Source of the DNA: Tilletiaria anomala UBC 951
Taxonomy: Eukaryota
DNA: 20,000 nucleotides
Direction: 5' to 3'
NCBI RefSeq assembly: GCF_000711695.1
Contig: NW_013547018.1
Coordinates: 355,073 to 375,072 of the forward strand
Shown: positions 1-10,810 of the stretch, piece after piece
How the letters are laid out: the number at the start of each line of letters is the position of its first letter
How positions within the stretch are numbered: the stretch's first letter is position 1
The notes under the pieces: generated by a model
Databases searched by the model: none
What the model was told of the DNA's origin: nothing
Seen by the model: the letters and a program-made list of their open reading frames with translations, nothing else
Made by a program: the position numbers and the translations under genes

Positions 1-521
1 GCCGTCTTTGACATTGCATCAGAGTCGGCGCAGCCTTCCTCGGCGTTTTCATCGTGCATGACAGCGTCACAATCCACTGCGATCCGAACGCTCGAGTTGT
101 CCATAAACGCTTTGACGATGGGCCAGAGACAAGCAGGCAAGCAGCAGCGCACGCAGCTCACCGGATTCTTTGTCATCCTCATCATCGCTGTTGCCCTCGT
201 CATCGGGAGCGGTTTCCAGTCCGTGAAAGGCGTTGGTGTCGTGTTCACGTTCCTCAGCGTCGTAGCTGGCTGGGGCGCGACGACATTGTTGTACAGCGGG
301 CTCATTTGGGGCGAGTGGGAGAAACGTGAGCCCCCCACAGTCTGTCCGCCGCTTTGCAATGACAGAGGACACTAATTCATTATGGGCATCTCACAGGTAT
401 ATACACGACCTTCCGCGAGTCGATGGCGCTCGAACTGGCGCATCTTCAACAGCCGCCGTCGCCGCCCTTGGGACCGGCGCGAAATGACAGTGTCACTATC
501 GCGGATGTGTCATTGATCTGA
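1..521 (+). CDS. 3' end of an uncharacterised membrane protein (5' partial); exons <1-325 and 397-521
   Basis: Frame 1 is open from base 1 and has two hydrophobic segments (FFVILIIAVALVIG; VGVVFTFLSVVAGWGATTLLYSGLIW). Intron 326-396 has a GTGAGC donor, ACTAAT branch and CAG acceptor. Splicing gives ...EWEKRIYTTFRESMALE...DVSLI and a TGA stop at 519-521. Confidence 0.65.
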
Positions 522-624
522 CATAGACCTCGCCTGAATACGGAGCAGGGGATAGGATACCGAATCTTTTTTGAAAAGTGCATGCTCATAGCATATCAAG
601 GCATTCCACATGCCCCTTGGCTGA

Positions 625-3468
625 TTATTGTTGCGCGTCGAACAAGAGCTGGCTGGTGGCGAGGCACAAGTTGACCTCGTCCGCCATGGGAATGACCCTG
701 CAAGCGCGGCAACCCTCCAGCTCGGTCAGGGAAGCGATCGACAAAGAGGTCTGCCAAGCTACTCACATGTCCCAGTATTTGGATAGCTCTGCCAAAGTAT
801 CATGAGCCTCTTTCACCTTCTCCCAGATTTCGTGTAGCTGTATCAACTGCTGCTGCCGACCCTCCTGCGTCGCCATCTTGCGCAAGTCCTTCTGCAGCGC
901 TGCTGATCCTTGTGCAGATTGTACAAGCTCGCGCGAAAAGTCCGAAATGGGCGCGGCAGAGGCAGTGCTAGCACCCACACCTGCACCGGCCTTAAGCGTA
1001 GCAATATCGTCGTCTGCGTGAGCTTTGTGCTCGTCATCATCGAGTCCGTTCGAGAGCGAGAGCGCTTGCATCAAGAGCGTAAAAGCGATGAGCACGTGCG
1101 AGCATGCCGGGAATGGATTCACTTTGAGTGCGTCGCCGCGCGAGAGCTCGAGCAGGCGCTTGCTCGCGTAGACGCATCGATCAAGACTGTACCTTGCATC
1201 GAAGGGTCCTTTGAGTGCAGCAGGCTGCGGGGGGGGGACATCCGCTGCTGGTGTTGCGGCTCTTTTGGATGCTTTGCCTGCTGAGCAGGTGATGTCGAGG
1301 GTTGTTCTGGCGCAGAGTATGTCCACTTCGACACTGGGTTGAAGGGCCCGTCGAATGCGGCAGGAAAAACCTCATTGAGCCAATCGGTTTCGTTGTCAGC
1401 GATGTTGAGCGAGTCAGCGCTAGTTTCCGCAGGGAAAATGCTGGAGAATGCGTCCGGCATGGGCACCTGGCATATTTGCTTGTTGTTGTTGTCACCCACG
1501 CTGCTGAGGAAGCAGAGCTTACGCTCAAAAAGAGTCGCGCCTTGGAATGCTGAAGAGAGATGCAAAGTGAGCCATGCTGTATACAGCTGAATGGCGGTAG
1601 AAAGATGCAGGTACGCGATCATGTCATCTTCAATGCCGCCCAGATTAGCGGTAGGTGGTTGCGACCGCCATCTGGGCTGATCCCCCCTTTCGATGACTGC
1701 GATTTGCTGCTGGAGTGCTTGGTCGATTGCCGTCATGCTTTGCATGGTCTGCTGCCTGGACGACTGGTTGAGCGATGGGTAGTCAGAGAATGAGCTCGGC
1801 GTCGCGGGTTTTGCCATGGAGGCACCGTCCACAGCGATGCTCGAATCGTCTCCAGCTGATCCGATCGGAACAGCGCCAAAACCAAAATTGCGGCCCAGAT
1901 CCGCGAGCCTAACTGACGATGAAGTAGGCTGCAAAGCCCCCTTCATGGTGCTGTCCGACTGATTATCGGGCGTGTCGGTCGATTGCGCGAGTGCGAGTAC
2001 GCGATCCTGCACGAGGAGCAGCGCTTGCAGGGAGAGGATATTGCCAGCCCAGGCCTGCTGATCTTTGCAGTTCGGCAGCTCGCTCGTCACGCGCGGATCA
2101 TCCGCGCGGATCGTCGGGATGCGACCAGTATTGTAAGAAGCCCACATGAGCAGACCCCATGTGACCCACCACGTGCGCTTCATCATCTCGTGCACATTCT
2201 CTGTGGAGAATTGCGCAAAAGCGGTGCTGGTGCTGGTGGCAGACCCGGCGCTGGATGCCACGCTGAAACAGCTTTGCTGCCGGTGGTGCGGTCTTCCGAA
2301 CGTCGAGCTGCTTGAATTTCCTGTCAGGCGGTGCAAGCCCTTTGACATCGCTAGGCCCAGAGCTTGATCCGCCTTAAGTCGTGCTTTGAGGGCCCGTCCG
2401 CTGCCGTACTGATGGTGGTAACGAAAGCCCAAGAGCATGAGCAATCATCACATAATGGAGACCGCCAGTAGCCAACGCACCTCGTAGATGATTAGCACAC
2501 ACAACGCCTGGATGATCTCAAGCAGAGCGGCAGGACTATCCTGCTCATCGGCTGCTTCGAGCGCCGCATCAATCGCCTCGCTCGCCATGCGCTGGTAGAC
2601 AGCGGTGATCTGCCTGACACGTTTCTTTTTCTCTGGACTGCCAAAATTGAGCCCGCTGCCGCCCATGCCGTGCAGTGGACCCGGCGGCTGCTCCTCGTCC
2701 ATGAGCAGTGGTAGGATGCACTGCAGCGCCAGCAAAAACGGCGAGCGCGGCGAGAATGACGACGCCAGCGCGGCGAGATGCTCGGGTGGGAGTAAGACTG
2801 GAATGAAGCGGTAGAGGTAGCGATAGTAATCGATTAGCAGCGCGCTACGGACGCTACTTTGCTCAATGGGTGGGAAGAGATTGGTTGCTGCTTCCCGGTA
2901 AGGGTCTGGGTAAAAGCCGGGGGACTGGAGCACGATGGAGGGTGAGAAAGCATCTTGCTGCTGTTGTTGCTGTCGCTGCTGCTGCTGCTGAGCACTGCCG
3001 CCTGGAAAACCCCCATCTCTAGACTGCTGCGCATGCGTTTGCGACAGGACATTGATCCCAACAGCGGCAGCAACGTCGAAATGCAACAAGCCATCAGCTG
3101 CTGTTCCATTCTCCTGCGCCTTTGCATCTTCTTGCGTTGCCGCCTGCTGATGATGATGGTTTAAAAAGGGCAAGTCGCCGGCGCCGCTCCCACCTCCAAG
3201 CGCGTCTAAAGTGATGGGCTGCACACCATAGCCATTCGTCCGCGCAGAAGGATGTTGCCCTTGGACAAGCATCGCGATTTCATTAGCATTGGAATTTAGT
3301 AACTGCGCTTGACCTCGCCCTGCTCCGACTCCCACAACGGCTGCTGCACCCGCCGACAAACTCGTTCCTTGATCTGCCGCTCCTAGCTGCTGCAGTCGCT
3401 GCTGCGCAAAAGGATTAAAAAATTGCATGCTCACGTCGCTCGGACTGACATGCACCGCACTCGGGGAA

Positions 3469-3517
<49 letters not shown>

Positions 3518-4281
3518 TTGCTTGCCCTACCCCCGCTACGCCTCCCAGCTCCGACAATGCCGACATCGCTTCATCCTTCTGGAACTCGCGCAACTGAGGC
3601 ACAGCCCCTGGCATGCGCACTGTGTGCGGTAAGTTAGTCATTGCGAGCAGCGACTGCAAATGGCTCTGCATCGTTTCTATGATCGCAACAACCGCGGTTG
3701 CACAGTCAGTCAAAACAAGTCATCCCGCACAGTTTTGCTCTGTCCGATGAGCCTGGAACCGATCGCTCACTTGCATCAGGCTTCTTCTTCGGCTTGCCCC
3801 CTCGCCTGGATATTGTGTATGTGCATTCGCCCGGCTTGTTGCGCAGCACGCATGCCTTGCACGGGGTTTCGCCGTTGCATTTTGATTTCCTGCATCAATG
3901 TATCGGAGCAAAGAATCAGTTTCGATCCCTCTTTCTCTTGCTAACTCTCTCGACTATGTACCTGGACCGACAAAAGGTACACGCGGCCTTGACGGGAGGC
4001 ACTTGCGGGGCCTTGTGAATCTGTCCATCTCCAATGCCGCTTTCGCCAGTATTCGTAGGACTGGACGACTCGCCAGCAGCTGTTACATCGGTCCGCTTCC
4101 GACCATATGAAGTGCCAGCTGTACTGCTACTACCGCCGGTGTTTCGTACAGGGCCGATGCTGGATTCACGCTGCGGAGATGATATATTCCCCTCAAGGTT
4201 CGGAGATGCTCCTGCTCCTGCTCCTTCGCCTGAGCCGGAGTGGGAGCCTGATGGAGCACCTCCAGACACTAAATGATTCAT
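625..4281 (-). CDS. Zn(II)2Cys6 (GAL4-type) fungal transcription factor with fungal-TF middle region; exons 4281-3962, 3889-3771, 3676-2481, 2408-767, 697-625; apparent 1-nt frameshift in exon 4
   Basis: Splicing across intron 3890-3961 rebuilds CTFCRSRKSKCNGETPCKACVLRNKPGEC (six Cys) followed by basic RRGGKPKKK. The middle region has YYRYLYRFIPVL and KRTWWVTW...GRIP motifs. Introns 3677-3770, 2409-2480 and 698-766 are GT-AG and phase-compatible. Exons total 3350 nt, one base short of a multiple of 3 (about 1116 aa if repaired). Confidence 0.88.
3469..3516. repeat. (GTCGCT)8 hexanucleotide microsatellite encoding a Thr-Ala repeat in the transcription factor
   Basis: Eight perfect GTCGCT units are directly visible; the minus-strand translation is TATATATATATATATAT. 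Confidence 0.95.
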
Positions 4282-4590
4282 CCTGCTCGCCTCTTGCGAG
4301 CAGCAACGAGCGCTGCCTATCCAGTAGCTCCAGCCCTTCTGCAGACGCACAGCCGTGGATCGAGGCACACCCTGGTGCGCTATTAGACTACCTGGCAATT
4401 GCTCCAGTAGGATGATATTCTGCTCGCGTTGGCGCAGTCTTGTTGCAAGGTTTGCGTCGCTAAGAAAGGCACCGTGGGCAGCGCGAGCGACTCTTTTCTA
4501 GCAGGAGCAGAATGAGTCCCCCGGTGTGCCGCTCTCGACATGCACTCGGAGGGTCATGTGGCAGTTGCGCATAGCAACGGGATGACCGCA

Positions 4591-4600
4591 TTATATATAA
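4591..4600. promoter_or_regulatory. Candidate TATA element (palindromic TTATATATAA), about 310 bp upstream of the transcription factor start codon
   Basis: TATA-like motif in an otherwise GC-richer intergenic region. Function is inferred from position only. Confidence 0.35.
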
Positions 4601-5057
4601 CAAGTAGCACCAGAGACCCTGGCCCAGGCACCGAGAGCAACGCATCAGTGAGACCGTATCACACCTTCCATTCCGCCCATCACCATCTTGACCATTTTCC
4701 TCTTGCGATCACCATCTGCCTTGCCACTCCCCCCGTCTGGTGCAGCTGTGGCGTCGCGTGCATGTACATATCCGCGAACATTCTCGACAGCAACAAGGCC
4801 CTGGGATGCACATACCTTCTCATGCCTCGTGGGTCACCCGTGGCCTTACATATTCGTATGTACTTCAATGTGGCACTTGTATGGCCGAACATTGTCACGC
4901 CGACAGCGGAGCACGCGAGCCCCGCTTCTGCTCAAGTTGTCACTTTGAAGCGTTCATTCTATTGTATGCATGAAGCGCATACCATACATGCATCCAACCT
5001 GTAAAGCGACTCGTCGCTTGGCTTTGCATATATCTGCATTGGTTCCTTTCATGGGCC

Positions 5058-5862
5058 TCATGACTTCTCGACGAATTTGTCACGAATGTCGTGCCATTGT
5101 TTCTGAGTTTTATTATGAGCCAAGGTTGAATTCGATGTCGAATGGAGCAAGAAGGGGGGGTATAGGTCAAGAATAGAGGTCATAGTCAGTAACCTCTTCT
5201 CCTGTTCATGTGTGCAGCGAGCTATGATCGGACTGCCAATGATCAACCACGCTCCGGCGGGAAAGGAGCAAAAGCCCAGCTAGGATAACCCAGCCTTGAC
5301 TTCCGTAAAGACCATCTGCGGTTCCATCAACGTGAATCATTGAGTGGTGATAACAAGAAAGATCCTGCCCTCGTGCTTGACGAGCCTGTTCCTGCCTGTG
5401 TGCATCCTGGCTTATCGTCCGCAGGGTTGCGCTCAGGGATGTCTCGAGCCTCGGTGCCCATCAGCGGCTGATATCTGCTGCAAGAACCCACCCCTATATT
5501 CTTCCACTGAGCCTCCAAGACGACTTTCCCTGCTGTTGCTACTCCCACTGATGCCTCTCTAACATCAATTTTGACTTTTACTCACCCCGCGGTTGTGGTT
5601 GTCCCACCAGGCGGTGGTGGCCGTGTCGTATCCGATACCGAAAGCAAAGGCACCAAAGAAGACGGTCCCGACGCTGTTGTGCAGTGTTCCAACGAGAATC
5701 GGACAGTCAGAGACGAAGAGAAACAGGTAGAGAGAATGAGAGCGTGTCAGTAAGTATCTACTACATAGGAGCAACGCAAAAAGGGAAGGAGAAGGAGGGC
5801 GCGACTGACAAGATCGAGTTCCGCTTGAAGACGGTGTTGTAGATGGTGGTGGAGAGCGCCAT
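5058..5862 (-). CDS. QCR9: Cytochrome b-c1 complex subunit 9; exons 5862-5810, 5673-5586, 5102-5058 (61 aa)
   Basis: The spliced product MALSTTIYNTVFKRNSIFVGTVFFGAFAFGIGYDTATTAWWDNHNRGKQWHDIRDKFVEKS fits the Qcr9/UQCR10 pattern (IYN.VFKRNS.FV...WD..NRGKQW.DI). Introns are 5674-5809 (GTCAGT..CAG) and 5103-5585 (GTGAGT..CAG). Confidence 0.95.
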
Positions 5863-6524
5863 GGCTGGAGAGCAAGCGATGAACGGGGATGGTGACTCGT
5901 CGATACTGAGTAGATGTACGATCTTGAAGTCCTGTCCTGCTCACACCATAATCCTGAAGGCGATGGGGGATTTCGAAGAAGTCCAGGTTGCAAGCCCATG
6001 AGCAATCCCAGCTGTTTCCCAGAGCGAGCCGCCCTGCAGCGAGGGGGTTGGATTTACAGAAAAGGTCCGTGGAAAGGATCACTTTCTCTTTCGGCCGAGT
6101 CTGCTGAGACGCTTTAGGGGGAAGAAGTGGCGCCGAACCATAGGGCGGTAGCGACGCTAGCACTTGTTGAATGCGGGGAACGCGCACAGTGGCGCAGTGC
6201 TGCCGCCTGCCATGCGACTCCGACTCCCATATTCCTCACCCTGCCCTCTCTATCCATCAGGATATCTTCTATCACGGCCCAAACCATCGCCGGCGACCAG
6301 CTCGGCAACACATGGAAGTACATGGGAGGTTCTGAGTTGGAGCTGCCTGCAAGTACGAAGAAAGCGGTCCAGAGGCGCTTCAAGCAACGAGTCCAGAGCG
6401 TCCACCTTGGAGTCTGCTCTCAATATCATGCACACTTAGGACTGCTGAATCCAAGCTACGGCTGCACCCTGCCCGACGTCCACTCAACCCTCTCGCAACG
6501 AAGTTTGGGCGGTAAATTGTCGCC
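5863..6524. promoter_or_regulatory. Divergent (probably bidirectional) promoter region between QCR9 and the Ivy1-like gene
   Basis: Head-to-head start codons are 662 bp apart, with no credible CDS between them. Confidence 0.5.
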
Positions 6525-9500
6525 ATGAAGCGCCTCTTCTCTGGTGGGTACGATAAGCCTGCCTTATCGGGCGTGCCCAGCCCGCCAGCGAACGTTATCG
6601 CAGGGGGAGGTCATGGATCCAAGCTATCCATCAGCTCGCTCACAAGTGGCTCCGCCTCAGGCGCGGCTTCAGGCGGAGCAGGAGGGTCGGCAGCCATCGC
6701 AGGCCGGTCCTCTCCTGGCCTTGTACACGTACCTTCACCGTATGGCCATTCAGCGGATATATCCTCCCCATCTTCCTTGCAGCAGCAGCAGCTTGCCGCT
6801 CGGACCCGTGTCTTTTCCAATGCGAGCGCGGGCGCTGCCGCGGCGCTCGACAATGCCAGTGAGCAGCCGCAGTACTTTGATCGACCGTTTGCTCCCCCCG
6901 AGGCATCTGGCACAAGCTCCAGAATCAATTCGACAATGAATGTAGCCGGGAGCGGCTTCCTCGTCCCAGTCTCTGGACAGCCCGTGACGCCAGGCAGCGG
7001 CGGCATTCCCAGTGGGCCACCGATCCCCGCCTACGCGGTCAGCACACCCAGCGGCGATGGGTTCGTGAAAAAAGGCCTTGCTTCGACCCAAACGCCCCCG
7101 CAAGCGGCTGTGGCACCGAACTCTTTTGATCGGAATGACCTGCACAAGTCGCTGAAAGCGTTGGAGAACTTGCTCGTCTCGCTCGACGAGTATAGAGATC
7201 TGGCTGCTCGCATGGCCAAGGCTGAAAAGAGACTGGCCAAGGCAGCGAACGAGTTGGCCAAAGGAAAGTTCACTCGGGACGTGCCTGGTCAGTTTGCAGC
7301 CATCGCTTTGCTTGTTTCTCAACGATGCCCAGTGCGCTGATCAACCATTTTTTCTATCGTCCAGCTCAAACACTGTCGGTCTCCGCGTCATTGATCGATC
7401 TACAGAACGACGTGTCTGCCAAACACGCCAAATATGTACAAAAAGAATACGAAGCGCTTAATGAATCGTGCGCCAAGTACTTCAAGCGTGTCGCAAAGGA
7501 GGAGAAGAACTACATGGGCACAATCGAGTCACTCGATGCTAAAGTGAAGAAAGCGCACGCGGTGCACGAGAAGAACGCGAGCAAATCCAAATCCGGGCCT
7601 AAGGCGATCGAAAGCCACGACAAGTACATTGCGTCCGTGAGTCAGCTGACGAGCGAGATCGCCGCGGTAAAGGAGAGGCACGCGCTCTCGCTCGGGGGCA
7701 AAGGGCACGTCATCAACCTTGCCATTGCCTCGTGCATCGGTGGCATGGCCGATGCCGAATTCCGCGCGCACTGCGAGCGCGTCCGTCGCACTGGCCCGCT
7801 CGTCGGACGCGTCAACGAGTGGCTCAACTTTGCGACGAACGAGGCTATGCCCACATTCCAGCCGCCCGATTGTGCCGGCGGCGAAGACGAGTGGGGACCC
7901 GCCGCTGCGCTCGCTGCGGCTCAGGAGAAGGCCGAACTCGCTGCGGCGCAGCGCAGGGCCGTCGAAGAGGCCGCAAAAGAGACGGCGCAGCTCGAATGGG
8001 CCGCTAGGCAGATGGGCTGGGTCCCGCCGGAAGAGCTGCATCGTGTGCAGAGTGCCGGTACCGATGCTCTTGCTGCACAGCTCCAGCAGCAGCACCAGCA
8101 GGAACGGGAGATATGGTCGGCTACTCCATCTTCTTCATCGCAAGGAAGACAACAGCAGGATTCTGTTGCTGGCAGCGTGCGCAGCACAGCCTCGAGGAGC
8201 GCGAGCTTGTCCTCGCAGCCGATGGGCCTGCTGCCGAGGCTGGACAGCAATGGACAGATCATCAGTGACAATGCAGCGGATACATCCGCGCTCGATCGGA
8301 GCTCGACGCAAAAGGCGGTTTCGTCTGTTGCTACAAAGCCAACGCCCACAGTAGTAGCAGCAGCGACAGCCTCTACATCAGCGACCGTGTCTGCATTGGC
8401 GTCCTTCTCGGTTTCTGCCGCCAAACCCTCAGCGCAATCCGAGGCGATATGCAAGGACCACTCCAAGACGCATCTGCGTGGGCAAGACTCCTCCTTTGCG
8501 GAAGGCACCGTCATCGAGACGCCCCGCCTGCAGCCGTCTCAGTCCGACTCGGACGCGACGCCTAGTCTGACGAACAGCAACAGCCGCATCGGTTCAGACG
8601 ATCCGATACCCAGGACGCCGAACGCACATAGCAGCGTGGTGGAAGACCTGCTTGCTGCTGGGGCTCTTCACGCTCCTTCTGCCCCTGCTAGGAGTGTAGC
8701 TGCGGCTGCGTCCGAGACGGAGCCTACACTCACGAATGATAAGAACAGCGCCGTACGCGTCGAAGGCGGCTTGCTCGGAAAATTCGGATTCGAACAGCGG
8801 GCATCAGAAGAAGGCGAGATCGGCGGCAATGCGAAGGCAGCAATTCAGTCTGCTTCTGCTTTTGCAGCTGCAGTTGCGCCTGCGCCGGTGGTTAATGCTG
8901 CTGCAGCGGCAGCAGCGGTAGCGCGTCCATCGGAGTCCATTACTTCTGAGACCGACAAACAAAGTCAAGAAGCGCATGTGCGTGCGGCTTCGCCGCCGCC
9001 TCTGCTAGACACGCAGCGACCTACGTCTGAGCGTCCAGCATTGGGGCTTGTAGACGGTCTCTTGCTTCGCCAGTCACAGCAACAAGGTACCTCTGTACCG
9101 CCTGGTTCTTACCAATCTGCAAGCGGGGTTGGTGGCACCGGAGGCCCGCCCGCTATTTGGGAGCGCGAGAGAGTGCGTACAGCCGAGCAGGACACAAGCA
9201 ACGGCAGACCGGCGCTGAGAAGCCCGCCTCCGGCGATGCACACCGGGGATGCGGTGGGCGATTCGCCTTACCGGAATGCGTACGATGTCGGGTATGAGTA
9301 CACGAAGGTAACACCTGGCTACCGCAGCACAGGCGGGCAGGTCGCAGGCGTTTCCACCAGGGCTGCTGCTCCTGCTTCAGGCGTCGGAGCTGGCCCTGTT
9401 GCTGTCGATGCCCCGCATGAACGGCGTGGACCTTCTCATCCGGATCTCAGCTACGAAGCTACGGACCGGTACGCTCCCGCCGTCGGGAGCAGTCGCATCG

Positions 9501-10561
9501 ACGGCCCTACGCTCCACCGAAACACCAGCACGGACAGCGAACGCAGCTTTGTTGCGAGGATGAAAGCAAAGTATCAAGCAGAGAAGTTAGGGATCGCAGC
9601 GCCTGCTACGGTTGTGCCGGATCGCGGTCCGCCGTACGCTGAGCGCGATAGCGCTCGGTACTATCGCAATCCAGCAGATCGAGCAGTATCGTATGGCGCC
9701 CCGCCACCACTTGCTGGTCGCGCTTCGGCCAGCAGAAGTAGCAGTGCTGGTCCGCGCTACTCTGAACCACCACCCCCTCGCCACAGCTACGACCACCACA
9801 ATGGCTACGCTCGCGATGATTATCGTTACGCATCACAGTCTTCTCGCCCGCCGCCTGATGCATCTGCTTATGATGACAGGTACGGTGGACGCGCTGCACC
9901 GCCAGCAGCACCGTTGGCTGCCGATGGGGACCCACCGCGCAGACCGCACGACAGCATGCCGCCTCCTTTGTCTCCCGGTCGATCATTTCAGCAGGGCCTC
10001 AGCCCCCTACCTTCCGAGTTTGGAAGCTTGCGATCCGATCGTAGCCCGCCACTGCAGCAGCAGTCTCAGTACGCACAGCGTCCAACCATGGGCCTCGTCG
10101 ATGATGAGCCGCAGCATTCAAGCGTGTGCGGTTGCGCTAAGTGTTCTGCGCGTCATTACGGGTCTGGGGGTGGCGCAGCAGGAGGCGTAGGAAGCGGTGG
10201 GGGAAGCAGTAACCGGGGCACCGATCCGAGGCGCTTCACTGCACCTCCGCCTGCTTCTCTATCGGCAAGCATGGGCGGCCCTCGAAGCACGAGCAGCGAC
10301 GGGCGGCAGCTGATGCCTTCTTCCTCATTATCGGCAGCTGTGTCGGGAGCGTACTACTCCCCCCGCGACCAGATGAGCGGCGGTAATAGGCAGTCCATGC
10401 CGCCGCCTAGCAGGAGCGCCGGCGCCGGTGCGGGCGCAGGTGCAGGTCGTGATGGCTACGGCGCGCCATTACCGTCACTGCAGGGACAAGCGGGCCCGTA
10501 CGATCCCGAGTCAGTGTATGGGAGGCGCAGCTTTGACGCGGACGGGCGGCGCGTCGCTTAG
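6525..10561 (+). CDS. Ivy1-like I-BAR/IMD-domain protein with long disordered Ser/Pro/Ala/Gln-rich regions; exons 6525-7287 and 7365-10561 (~1319 aa)
   Basis: Two long ORFs are joined in frame by intron 7288-7364 (GTCAGT donor, GCTGAT branch, CAG acceptor). The helical region DLHKSLKALENLLVSLDEYRDLAARMAKAEKRLAKAANELAK...KHAKYVQKEYEALNESCAKYFKRVAKEEK resembles the fungal Ivy1 BAR-like domain. The family call is from recall; the gene model is more certain than the product. Confidence 0.75.
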
Positions 10562-10574
10562 CCACGCCGAGACT

Positions 10575-10656
10575 GTAAGTACCCACAGTTAAGGGTAGTG
10601 CACAAATCAAGTAGGGATCAAGCTACTGACCGATACCCTCACGATGCCTCGCATAG
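10575..10656 (+). other. Putative 82-nt intron in the 3'UTR of the Ivy1-like gene
   Basis: Perfect GTAAGT donor at 10575, TACTGAC branch at 10624-10630, and the first AG after the branch (CATAG) at 10655-10656. The length is typical for introns in this window. Confidence 0.7.
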
Positions 10657-10810
10657 GTTCGCTGAGCTAGTCACGCTGGATGGCCATCTTCCTGGAGATT
10701 GGCATGGCAGCTTCCTGATTATTCGAAACAGTGATGCTGCTTCATTGATGAGGAACACAACAACAGATAATTGTAGTGCTCATGGATAACGGATACGCTG
10801 CATGCAATTT

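Noticed and set aside
1371..1466. Possible intron (GTGCCC...GAG) that might repair the TF frameshift
   Set aside because: Weak donor and acceptor, and 96 nt is in-frame. The nearby downstream AGs I checked also do not lead into the needed frame.
4282..5057. Intergenic ORFs such as 4540-5004 (+, 154 aa), and the GTG-started extension of the TF frame to 4398
   Set aside because: No family features or splice support; the ATG at 4281 is the more plausible start.
5103..5585. RNase P/MRP (GGGAAAGTC) or TPP riboswitch-like fragments in QCR9 intron 2
   Set aside because: The required partner motifs (complementary P4 3' strand; CTGAGA and GAACCTGAT core) are absent.
5746..5759. U1 snRNA-like ATACTTAC on the minus strand, or a GTAAGT donor on the plus strand
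   Set aside because: Only 8 nt match, with no downstream U1 structure; it is explained by overlap with the TACTGAC branch point.
5863..6528. Short ORFs between QCR9 and the Ivy1-like gene
   Set aside because: Overlapping ORFs with random-looking composition, many with non-ATG starts, in a divergent promoter region.
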